Source: Nageia nagi (lineage: Eukaryota > Plantae > Pinophyta). Taken from it: a DNA stretch of 64,000 bases. Under the pieces are notes generated by a model. The model was not told where the DNA came from. It searched no databases and saw only the letters and a list, made by a program, of their open reading frames with translations. Numbering within the stretch: the stretch's first letter is position 1; each line of letters begins with the position of its first letter. The translations under genes and the position numbers were made by a program. Shown piece by piece: positions 38,701 to 48,766 of this stretch. Location of the stretch: the NCBI GenBank assembly GCA_050084985.1, contig JBITNC010000001.1:192200001-192264000 (forward strand), in the 5' to 3' direction.

Positions 38701-41700
38701 TGGCTACAATTTTCTAAAATTCTGAAACATGATCATCCATCATGCCTTGTTGCCTCAAAAATGTAAACTCTTTGAAATAGTCATTCTCCCTCTTCCTGTC
38801 AAACCGCTTCACTAATCTTCAAGCAAATTCATCAAAGGAAGAGATCTGGAAGTAATCCTAACTGATTACTCCATATTGCCACCATTCAAGGGCATCACCC
38901 TCAAAATGCAACAATGCAAAATGGATTGCATCTTCCTCCACCATGTGCGTACTTAAGGTGAAATATGTCTACAACTGATGAAGCCAAGCCCTAATCGTCA
39001 TCTTCTTGCCATCGTACATTGGTACCTGCATTTTGTTAATCTTTTGTTGTAGTTCTCTTTTGTCACCCCACGAATTGCTTTGGGGGTTGGTGCCATGAGA
39101 ACTACCTCCCTTCAACCCAAAATGTCCAGATAACCATTAAAATTCATGTCCCTCCTCAATCCTAGATCTAGCATAGAATATTCTCTAAAACTTTGATTTA
39201 ACTCGAGGACTTGGGATCTGATTTTTTACCTCATTGAAGGATTTTCTGGCGAACATGAGTTTGGACAGTTTGGGAATAACGGGTTGCTCCCTTATCTTCC
39301 CAACATCCTCTTCTAGGAACCTCCCTAGGAGAGAGTTAATTCCTTGCGATGCCCTATGAGAATAAGATCTCACAAATGCATGCTCTTGTTGGCTCATGGA
39401 TTCGTGATGGGTGGACCCTCTATCCCTCAAGTTGTGCAATCTCTTCAAACTTGGTTCCTTTTCCATCATGTCCTCCTCCCTTGGTTCTTCTTCTTTGTCT
39501 GGAGTGGAATGTGGAGGGCTCACATGTCTTCTCAAGGCTTCTTTATTCTGGAGCCAATTATTTGTAGCGGTCGTTTGATTCTACATTACATCTGTCATAC
39601 TCTTTATGGCCATAATAAGTTCGTTGAACTTTCTTTTCAACGTAACCTCTCTAACTAGAGTAGAGCTCTCCTAGCCGATGGGGATCTACCTCTCCCAACC
39701 AAATTCTCTTCCCCAAAAGTATCCTTGTCTAGGACATCATCCATCCAACTTGATCCAAGGTCTGGGATCCTCATCCTGAGTGGTTCTAGATGGGGTTTTA
39801 TTGGGTTGCATTGCCTTTCTATCATTCTTGGCTGAAGATATCTCTCTTGATGTTGGATCTAGTATAGTAGTTGCGAACTACAGGCCTCATTCACATGTTG
39901 GCCAGATCCAAACTTTGATACCATTGTAATATTCCAAATATTCTTCAATACTGAAATATGCAAATTAAGGGCCAAATAAAATACTCCAAAATCAATTACA
40001 CATGCTAGAATACCAACGTCGCACTTAGGGACACAAAATATCACTCATACACATCCACAAACCTAACATCAAGCTTTTATAGGCAAGATAATTGTAGATA
40101 GACAACAAAATGAGACAAATATATGGAGATCAATGTGACAATGGCTGAATTAAGCAATGCAGAGTGGTTACAAGCCTCAAATTTGCCCAAAGGGCTCAAC
40201 GTTGGCCTCCCAAGAGCCAACTAGGGCACATACACATGCAAATATGATCACTATTGGAACAGAAGAAGAGATAATCCAAAATTCAACATATCCATGAATG
40301 ATGCTCCAACACCTAATATAGCTCAAGTCTGGATCTAGATTATCACCTCAAAATCATCAATGCCTCCTTAATCCAGCGTTAGCCACCTATAGGCCCTCAA
40401 ATGCCTCAAACATGTCATAAATGCTCATGCATGGGGTTTAGAGTGTCCCCAAGGTGTGAAATGGGTCTTCAAGGGTGATGAGATGCCTCCAAGCCCAACG
40501 TTGGGGTCCTAGGAGTCCCCCCATATCTTGTGTTGGGTTTCTCGGAATCATACATGCACCTAGATCCTATTTTCATGTCCATACAAGGCCTTGGGATTCC
40601 CACAATCAATTCTCAGGATCTCCAAGTACATAAAAAAAATTAAAAATATGCTAGCCTATGCTTGGGAGGAAAACGTCCCTCTTGGGGCTCACAGTGGGGT
40701 CCAATGGGCCATTATTATTTCTATCCCAAGTAACTAACAACAAATACATAAACAAATATTTACAAAAAGAGGATGTTACAAAGGCTGCCCTACCCTAAGG
40801 TGTCCACAAGCGGTCTTCATCTTTGAATCCATCCGATGGCATTCTGAAACCACAACCGATCTCTTCATTGAGAGCTAGTTTGTGAGGGAACCCTTCGGTG
40901 AGGCATCCACAGTGCTAGTAGGAGGTGGTTGTTCTACCCAATTTTAAGCATCTATCTCAGCATTGCATGTGCCCTAGTTGGCTCCTTGGAGGCCAACGTT
41001 GAGCCCTTTGGGCCTGGTATTGTATCATTTGCTATTTTCATCATTAATACAATCATGGGCAATTTGGATCTCAATAATAGTCTCACTGTATGATGTTCAT
41101 GGTTCTATATTCCCCACGTTGAGCTATTTGCATGTTTGTACTCGTGTAATGTAACGTTGGTATATCTGGATGTTTTTAGCATAGTTTATTGGCCTTGTTG
41201 TATGACGTTGACATTCCTAGACTGATATTTTATGTATTTGGTGCCCTAGATCAGACGTGGCATGCTTGAGGGCTAGTTTTGATATTTGAAGCATTTTATT
41301 TGGCTAATTTCTGCGTCGAGTATTTTTGGGGATATTACATCCTCTTTTTCTTCATTACAAATCTCATGAATGAAATCAGTCCCATGTGGCCAAATTTCTG
41401 GTTTGTCTTTGGAACATGTCATAATGTTTCCAACATCTTCTTCTAAGAGGGCTGCTCTCAGTTTGTCCTCTATAGGGTCTTCAATTCTCCTCAACATCTT
41501 TTGACTTTCCTTCAAAGGGAACTTCTTGTGGTTGCGCAGCATCTTTATTTAGTTCAAGTGTTGGAGTGACATTTCTTGCTTCTTCATCAACAATTGTGGG
41601 TTGTTCTTCTTCCTCAATCCCTTCATTGTCTACGAAGGGTTTCAACTTCTCCTTACACTATTCAACAACATTGTTAACCAAGTCTTGTGTGGTAGTAGAG

Positions 41701-44700
41701 GCAACCAAGTCTTGCCTCCATAAGTCCAACAACATAGATAAGAGTGACGGCTAAACATAATCACTTTCTTTTATGATCAAAACCATAATATTCGCCATGG
41801 ATTCAACAATATTATTAGTATGTTGTTCTCTAGCCAAAGTAATGAAGTGATGAAACATTTCATAAATCAACTCATACATGTCCAAATCTAATAAGATGTT
41901 GCTCATCCCAATTTTCACAAATGATCCAAGTATGGCAACTCTTCTAGGTAAATGAGAACATGTGACATCCCCTAATCTTTCAAAGCTACTAACCAATAAC
42001 TGAAGCATCATTCTTTATTAGGTGCAAAAATTCTTAAAATCTCGGCTCAAACAAGAAGTAACCCAATTCTCACCTCCATATTTGTGTGTCTCAACCATAT
42101 AGGCTTTCCCAAAGCCTTGACCAATGGAGTTATAGCTGCTTGTAACATATGTGAATGTGGTTGGTCCATCATATGCAAACAATCTTCTATTTCCCTCAAG
42201 GTGTGAAGGATAGTTTCTCTTGGTTCAAATATAAGTCCCAGTGTACCTCTCGCATTACTAAACTTATCAACCAACACCCTTTCTTTTAATGGCACCATGA
42301 TCTTCGAAACCCTAGTTCTCACTCGAACCACAAACCCTAGGTATATAGCTGAATTATTCATCCACAGGTTGGCAGGATGTTGAGCTCTGATACCACTGTC
42401 ATGTACCTTTCTAAAATATGCACAACTTCTCAACACAATTCCACATTCATTCACAAATTAGGGCACAATAGTAAATGTTCATTAACCATTCAAACATGCG
42501 CTTGAGACTAAATTATAACAGCAGTAACCAGATCTGATATAATGCTCATATAAAATGTGAAAATGATCAAACTAGGTCACAATACAATTTCAGGTATGTA
42601 ACATAATAGAAATATATCTCCAAAATACCCTAATACGCATACATTCCCATGCACAACGAATAGTAATAGTACAGAAGTAAAAAAGGAACATTCATTCACA
42701 TTCGAAGAGCAATATGAGAGCCGAATATTATGAATAATAAACGATGCCGACCATGGATCGACGGATCTTGCTCTAAGGACTTTGTCGATACCTTCTGAGA
42801 AATCAGAGTGTTTGGGTTCCGAGGGGAGTATGGTCACAAGGTTGAAACTTAAAGGAATTGACAAAAAGGCACCAACATGAGCGGAGCCTACAGCTTAATT
42901 TGACTCAACAAGGGGAAACTTACCAAGCCAGACATAGTAAGGATTGATAGATTGAGAGCTCTTTCTTGATTCTATGGGTGGTGGTGCATGGTCGGTCTTA
43001 GTTGGTGGAGCGATTTGTCTAATTAATTCCATTAACGAACGAGACCTCAACCTGCTAACTAGCTACACGGAGGGTCCCCTTCATGGCTAGCTTCTTAAAG
43101 GGACTATGGCCATTTAGGCCATGCAAGTTTTGAGGCAATAACAGGTTTGTGATGCCCTTAGATGTTCTGGACAGCACACGCGCTACACTAATCCAATCAA
43201 CGAGCTTTTTCGCCTAGTCCAAGAGGGTCAAAATATGTATAGGGCTGTAAAAAGTTCTAGGGGCTCAACCAAGATTCCAAAGGCTAGCGCAAGACCCAAG
43301 GTGGCTCCCAAGGCTGGTGCAAGTTTCAAGATGGCTCCAAGATCCTAGCACAAGGGCTAGAAGGCTCTCCAAGGTTGGCGCAAGCTCTCCAAGTAAGTGT
43401 GAGTGGAAAGAGCCACTTCTAGGCTATGAAGCAACCCTAATCCTTAGAAGGAAGAGAGGCAAGCAGCCCCAACTTCGAGATGACCCGAGATCAAATGCAA
43501 ACGGATGATGTCTTCAAATGAGGTGCTCACTTCTCTTTTATAGTGAGTTAGAAAAAGTCCAATTCTAATTTGTGGTTGGCCATTCCAACCCAGAAATATA
43601 AATAACTCTTAATTGACAAATGACTTCTCCTAAGCTAGAGGTTGGGCAATTCAGGAATAATATATTTCCTTAATACAAAACATGGTCCACTTTTATTATA
43701 AAATAGCAAAGGCTTCTGATCTAAATAGAATTCACTCATAATACCCCTTATATGGCCAAACCATTAATTTTAAGTGTCACAAACGACACTAAGTCAATAT
43801 TAATAAAGTGGTCCCATGTGCACGATAGTAGAAACTGGCTCCAATGGCGAATCTTCAAAAGTCCATATCTTCCTCGTTTCTTGATGGAACCATGTCGCAT
43901 GACCTGTCAAAATGATTGACGAGAGATTCTATATCCATTTCACAAGACAAATCAACGATCCGTAGATTGTGACAAAAGTTATGCCTTCAACAAGGCATCT
44001 CAAAATTGAGGACATTACAAATTGCTTTAGGGCAAGCAATTTGAGAGGGGAGGACTTGTAATGTCCCCAATTTTGAGAAACCTTGTTGAAGGCATAACTT
44101 TCGTCACAATCCATGGATCGTCGAGTTGTCTTTTGAAATGGATAGAGAATCTCATGCCAATCGTTTTGATAGGTCACACGACATGGTTCCGCCAAGAAAC
44201 AAGGGAGATATGGACTTTTTAAGATTCGCCCTCGGAGCAAGTTTCTACTATCGCGCGCAGAGGACCCACTTTATTAATATTGTATTTAGTATCATTTGTG
44301 ACACTCAAAATTAATGGTCTAGCCCTATGAGGAGTATTAGGAGTGAATTTTATTTAGATTAGGAGTCTTTGTTATTTTATAATAAATATAGGTCATGTTT
44401 TGTAATAAAGAAATATATTATTCCTTAATTGCTCGACGTCTAGCTTAGGAGGAGTCATTTGTCAATAAGGAGTTATTTATATTTCTAGGTTGGGTTGACC
44501 AACCACAAATTAGAATTGTACTTCTCCTAGCTCACTATAAAAAAGAAGTGAGCACCTCATTTGAAGACATCATAATTTCGCATTTGATCTTTGATCTCCC
44601 GGAGTTGGGACTGCTCCCCTCTCTTCCTTCTATGGTCTAGGGCTCCTCCCTAGCCTAGAAATGGCATATTCGCAATTATCTACACTTGAAGAGCTTACGC

Positions 44701-47700
44701 CAACAATGGAAGCCATTCTAGCCTTTGGGAGATGCTTGGAGACTTGCACTAGCCATCCTAGGCGTTTGGAGTCTTGCGCCAGCCATTCTAGGCTCTTGGA
44801 TTCTTGCGCCAGCCTTTTGGGGTCCTTACTGTGCATTTTGGGAGTCTTGGGCTATGCCTTAGAACTTGTTACAGGCCTGCACTTATTCTTGGTTATTATT
44901 CATGATAATTGGCTCTCATATTGATCATTGTATGTTCCCGATGCTCTTATACTACTACCATATAATTCTGTTACATAAGAGGTCTGCAATTGTGCCCTAG
45001 TTTGGATGGTTTCGCATCTTATAAGAGCATCATTACTATTACATATCATATCTGGTTACTGTTATGATAATTCAGTCTGGGAAGCATTATTGAGTGGATG
45101 TTGAGCATTTACAATTTTGCCCTAGTTGATGAATGAATGTGGAATTGGATTGAGTTAATTGTGCATGTTTAGTTTAAGTCCTAGAAAGGTATATTACAGA
45201 CAAATATGAAAATACATAAACCCAGAAACTACTACACTCGTGTGTTCCTTGGCTGAAATTTTGAGCAAGGAAAAATCTCATACATCTTCTAATACTTCAA
45301 TTACAATAGAGCAAACATGCTCTTATATAGAGAAAAGTAAACTTAGCTTTCTAACCTTAAAAGTGTCTTTTTTAGACAACTCTTTTTTTAGCAATGCTAA
45401 AAATAGAAATCCTAAAAAGCCTTGAAAACAAAAAATGCTAAAAATAACGAACTCAAAAAATTAAAAAGAAAATAATAATTCCTAATTTTGAAGAACAAAT
45501 GTTGAGCAATAAAAACTAACACTCCCCCTTGCAAGAAATGTGTTTTCCACCAAACCAAGCTTGGTTATCAACAACTCAAATTTCACTTTTGTAAAGGACT
45601 TGCTAAAAATATTGGCGTTCTACAAATTTGTAGGAAGACATTTTAGGAGTTAGGATCATTGCTTTTTGTTGCATTCTTATCTCTTAGAAAGTGAAATTTG
45701 ATCTCAATGTGTTTAGATCAGTCATGGAAATCTATATTTTTAGATAGTTTAATGCAACTCTTATTATCACAATAAATAACCATGGGCTTCAAGATCTCAA
45801 CAGTCAATTTTATGAAGCCAAATGGCTGCACAACTAGCTAAAGATGTCATAATGTATACAGCTTCTACTAAAGTCAAGGCAATTGTTGTATACTTCCTAA
45901 TAAACCAAGAAACCATACCATATCTTAAGTTGAAACAATAACTGGAAGTGCTCTCCGTGTGACTTAATATCCTGCCCAATTTGCATCAACAAAGGCAGGA
46001 ACTAGAAAATCACGATCTCCCAAGTAGTGCATACCATAATAAAGAGTGTCCTTCAAATATCTAACGGCATACTGCCAACCTTGCAATGAGACTCTCTAGG
46101 CTCAACCATGAACTAACTCAATATATTGACTACATGTTAAATATTTGGCCTGGTATTCACACAATACGTAATTGATCCAATCAACTACTTGTAAAGAATA
46201 GGATCAACCAAATCTTACTCATCACACATCAATTTTATATTTAGAATAATAGGAGTAGACATGGGTTCATTGTGTAATATTTGAAATCGCTTAAAATTAT
46301 TTAAGTTGTACTTTCCTTGTCCAAGAATAACTTTACCTACAACTTGCAAAAACTCGATCCATATATAGCAGTATGACTTTGGCATGGCTGATTAAGAATG
46401 TAAGATACATAAATCTGAAATAGTCTTCCTTCTAGAGTAAGATATGATCAAATAAGTGGAAAAAAAATATATAAAAATGACTTTTGGAAAGGCTCACAAT
46501 GTGTCGATGACCAATCCTTCCATGGAGCCTCTTGCATCCAATCTATCACAGTCAATTTGAATCCACCTTGTAGCTGAATCATTAGTTGTAGTATCAAACA
46601 TTGATTGAAGTTTTGTTAAGTTCAACCAAATTACTCCACGTGGACAGATATAAAACACATTGACACCAATTAAACAGTGCTACATAAGCCACCACATGAC
46701 TACCAAGGCATTGCATGAACCATATGTGATTTCACGAGTGAAGATTTGAACTTGGGTCGACCAGAAAATAGTTGAAGGCCTGGATGGTGAACCAAAGGTT
46801 CATACCTAGTATAGATTAGGCAATAATGGATTTTCAAATGTTCCTCTTGAACCTTGAAGTGGCCACTATGGTTGACCATTGAAACCTACTTCGCAATCTT
46901 ACAAAACAGTTCCATGTTCTTGGGAAACAATGCTCAACATGTTGGAAAAACTAACCATGTGCCAAGCTTGATTGAATATCCTCGAAGAAAGCTTGGCAAC
47001 TCTAGAAAACACAAGACATTGTCATATATCTTTAACCATTGGAAACTACCACTCAATTGTTTTTGAAGAAACATGAAACATTAGTTGAAAAAACAAGGAG
47101 TTGCTTGAAACATTGAATAACCATGAAACTTTCACTTTCGACACTAGGTATAACTCAATGGGTTGCTAAGTAGCACACATCAATATCTAGGGAAATAAGG
47201 AGTTTACAAAAGCACACAATGATTACTTTGGGGATTTGAAATCAAGTCAATTGGGAACAGTTCATGGACCTAGTCTCTAGGCTAATAGCCAACCTAGATG
47301 TGGTGTTGATAAATTTACAGAGTGCCTCCTAAATCCTCAAACTAGTATCTCAAGAAAGACCGCTACTATTGACTATTGATTGTTGAAACCTTGGTAGTCA
47401 ACCTTTTTGACTTTGGCAACTATGCACATTTAACTAGTTACTTTTTGAGGTTGATTGAGATTTGAAAAACCTTTTGGCCATATTTAAGGTTACGCACGAG
47501 TTTTGTCCAAGCTCAAGTTTGTTTGAGTTTTTTCTTTTAAATATAAATTTTAAGAACATCTTTGAGATTTTAGCTGAGTCTCTTTAAAGACAACATATTT
47601 TCTAAAGCAGCATGAATATATGCAAAATAATATGCACCATCAAAGCATGTATACACATGGTATGATGTTTTAGCACATCTCTGTTAGGACTGTAATTTAG

Positions 47701-48766
47701 ATGGTCAAAATGAAATAAATAGTTCTCTTAGCAACAATGTTAGACATTACCTTGTTGAAATGGTTGGACAATGATTATAAGACAAAAGCTCAACATCATA
47801 TCCGTCAAGAGTCCGCCAAAGCACACGGTCACACCATGCCGGCATTCGCTTTTGGCTGTATAAATTTATGGATTCCTTTTGCAACTTTAACAAGTGAAAA
47901 GAAAACAATCAAGTATATTACTGTTGGATAAGAAACTGAAATACAAGTGCACTGTCATTTGTTTAAAGCTATAAAAATAATTGACATATTGAAATCATTT
48001 ATAGATTTTTAAACAACGCTGAATTAAAAAATATCATCATAGATGTTTTTTAACATGACAAGGACCAACACATGCCCATGTTTTGCTTTGTTCATGTCAT
48101 TCTTTGTATAAAATATATGATTAAAAGACAAATGGCCAAAAAAATAGAAACACAAGGGACTCAGTTGAATAGTCTTGATAAAATTCCAATCATGCTGTCG
48201 CAGCATATGCATGGCAATACCTTAAACGTAGGAGGGAAATTGATTTCCCCCTCCTTGAATCCATGAAGCACTTTTGAGGCAGACTTTTCCCGTGACAGCT
48301 TAAAACATGCAAAACAGAGCATGTTTGGATCAGTACCAAACACTCCTAATGACAATAATCTGTATTCAAAAAAGGAAAAAATAACAAATGTTGGATACAT
48401 ATCGTACGGTTACCTCATCATACTTTAATAGCTGCCAAGCTTCTCCATCTTGGATCTTTTTTACCTGTGAATGCCAAAATCTTCTTCTGCAACAACATTC
48501 AGAAAGGAATAATTTCATGCTGCCATTAAATTTATTATATAACAATCAAATTTTAATGAACAAGGAAAGCTCAAATACAATAAGAGGCATTGCACCTAGA
48601 ATGCACAAGCAATGAAGGTTATGGGTTGCATACTGTGGTGTCATAGGCCTTTCTTCCACATCAGTAAAGTCAAGTCTGTAATTGAGGTCTCCCATCCAAA
48701 ACACATGATGAAACTGATTCAGAAGGTCCATTCTTTGTTGTCCAACTCGTAGCTCTCCTATTATTT
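14665..48766 (-). CDS. Host gene (partial): inositol polyphosphate 5-phosphatase followed by a C2 domain; exons 48766-48634, 48486-48414, 48298-48221, 47884-47751, 22541-22439, 14984-14926, 14755-14665
   Basis: The spliced translation has the 5-phosphatase motifs VFWMGDLNYRL, EGEINFPPTFK, RMPAWCDRVLW and SDHKPVSATF, then the C2 start LRASNLRASDINGSSDPYIVF...KVKHQTLNPVWD. All introns are GT-AG, phases match and there are no stops. First and last exons were not found in the window. Confidence 0.9.
14926..14984 (-). CDS. C2-domain exon
   Basis: FTSLRASNLRASDINGSSD(P); tacag acceptor, gtaag donor. Confidence 0.87.
16260..16690 (+). repeat. Fragment homologous to the unknown 3' internal region of element D
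   Basis: LYKYGALRVRFSNSR and LEDEDECGKEQELATT match LYEYGALGVTFPNSH and LADEDECGKKQELDAT at about 9300-9600 (minus strand). Confidence 0.75.
16730..18250 (+). mobile_element. Degenerate LINE (L1) ORF2 reverse transcriptase fragment
   Basis: KAPSPDG, DFRLINLCNIVYKIITKVLAN, KFDMQKAFDRVSW, HHQFVDD, GKLLLIKTTLQSQPIY; many stops and frameshifts. Confidence 0.9.
19527..20402. mobile_element. Putative MITE or non-autonomous DNA transposon
   Basis: Perfect 11-bp TIR TATGTTCCATG / CATGGAACATA with subterminal GGTA(T/C)G motifs; no clear TSD. Confidence 0.55.
21072..21570 (+). repeat. About 88-bp imperfect direct repeat (21072-21160 and 21483-21570)
   Basis: TGTTGATATTTTG...GTCTTATATTGATATGTCTAGTCTTGAAAATAATT...AATCTTATTGTT.ATGAAGAT occurs twice. 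Confidence 0.8.
22439..22541 (-). CDS. 5-phosphatase exon (SDHKPV motif)
   Basis: (S)DHKPVSATFALTTHSLPQNSGNPTDDDNTRWHIR; completes the split AG|T Ser codon across the 25 kb intron. Confidence 0.9.
23890..24235 (+). mobile_element. 3' part of a family C LTR
   Basis: Family motif at about 23915-23955; ends GGGATATTACA. Confidence 0.75.
26791..27924 (-). CDS. gag: Ty3/gypsy Gag, uninterrupted ORF, 3'-truncated
   Basis: KVTIPSFNGQDGLTARAWLQKLQTYF..LHLEGSAYSWW..LATLKQTSSIHAYVEEFEQL..FMDGLLEPLKGLVKAFEPVTLDDAI. Confidence 0.9.
26791..29202 (-). mobile_element. Truncated family A-related element with a genuine gag (5' LTR 28549-29202, PBS 28535-28546)
   Basis: LTR start and leader highly similar to element A; no 3' LTR or TSD. 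Confidence 0.88.
30930..32954 (-). pseudogene. Antisense three-exon Plant Mobile Domain (PMD, MAIL1-like) gene inside the Tat-like element; exons about 32954-32859, 32737-31422, 31334-30930
   Basis: LVERWDLDCCTFHLPLGEMTVTLLDVYWIWGIPIRG, GLLQVWAYEKI and YMAWW are PMD hallmarks; GT-AG introns 32858-32738 and 31421-31335; several TAG stops; C-terminal coiled-coil-like segment. Confidence 0.82.
36270..40780 (-). mobile_element. Family C non-autonomous element F (gag-protease plus tandem array); 5' LTR 39925-40780, partial 3' LTR 36270-37090
   Basis: LTR pair; PBS about 39912-39923; gag, CFYCKKPWEPG knuckle-like segment, protease LIDLGATHNFI; no TSD found. Confidence 0.82.
37335..37837. repeat. 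30-bp minisatellite (about 16-17 units) with 60-bp higher-order structure
   Basis: CCAACGTTGGGTGCCCAAGCCTCTCCAGGC alternates with CCAACGTGGGATGCCAAGATTTCTCCCTAT. Confidence 0.92.
41635..42298 (-). pseudogene. PDS5: Captured intronless PDS5 N-terminal domain, second copy, degenerate
   Basis: EIEDCLHMMDQPH..LQAAITPLVKAL..WLRHTNMEVRI..LLVSSFERL..RRVAILGSFVK..LLDLDMYELIYEMFHHF..NIVESMANIMVLIIKES. Confidence 0.87.
42737..43229 (+). rRNA. Degenerate 18S rRNA fragment (about 490 bp, non-functional) inserted in an LTR
   Basis: ATAAACGATGCCGAC, GAAACTTAAAGGAATTGAC, TTAATTTGACTCAAC, GGTGGTGGTGCATGG, AACGAACGAGACCT, GCAATAACAGGT.TGTGATGCCCTTAGATGTTCTGG, CGCGCTACACT; many substitutions. Confidence 0.95.
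44057..45198 (+). mobile_element. 3' LTR of a family B element, with PPT at 44043-44054
   Basis: TGTAATGTCC...ATATTACA; inverted copy of 42397-44019. Confidence 0.88.
45199..46340 (-). mobile_element. Ty1/copia RT-RNaseH 3' fragment with PPT and start of the 3' LTR (45521 downward)
   Basis: VIYCDNKSCIKLS, KHIEIKFHFLRD, ANIFSKSFTKVKFE, YGMVSWF; AGGGGGAG-TGTTAG junction at 45529-45516. Confidence 0.85.
47751..47884 (-). CDS. 5-phosphatase exon (PAWCDRVLW motif)
   Basis: LQKESINLYSQKRMPAWCDRVLWRTLDGYDVELLSYNHCPTIST; gtaatg donor, phase 2. Confidence 0.92.
48221..48298 (-). CDS. 5-phosphatase exon (FPPTFK motif)
   Basis: LSREKSASKVLHGFKEGEINFPPTFK; ttaag acceptor, gtattg donor. Confidence 0.9.
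48414..48486 (-). CDS. 5-phosphatase exon
   Basis: RRFWHSQVKKIQDGEAWQLLKYDE; ttgcag acceptor, gtaacc donor, in phase with neighbours. Confidence 0.85.
48634..48766 (-). CDS. 5-phosphatase exon (GDLNYR motif)
   Basis: IIGELRVGQQRMDLLNQFHHVFWMGDLNYRLDFTDVEERPMTP; tgcag acceptor, gtatgc donor. Confidence 0.92.

Larger units (their letters stand above)
24611..41339 (+). mobile_element. Family C solo LTR in three pieces (24611-24732, 35612-36240, 40781-41339) with two nested elements
   Basis: TGTAACATCC...GATATTACA ends; near-TSD TCCTT (24606-24610) and TCCTC (41340-41344); pieces collinear with the LTR at 1-1282. Confidence 0.78.
24236..44019 (-). mobile_element. Second PDS5-carrying LTR element (family B LTR 42397-44019); internal region 42396-41340 continuing at 24610-24236; 3' end missing
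   Basis: PBS 42384-42395; PDS5-like ATG at 42298; the frame rejoins across the 24611-41339 insertion (EEKE|DDTLPHEVCLK, compare RDVTLSHEVCFK in element A). Confidence 0.8.

Noticed and set aside
42737-43229. Functional rRNA gene
   Set aside because: Only about 490 bp, mutated at conserved positions, and embedded in an LTR
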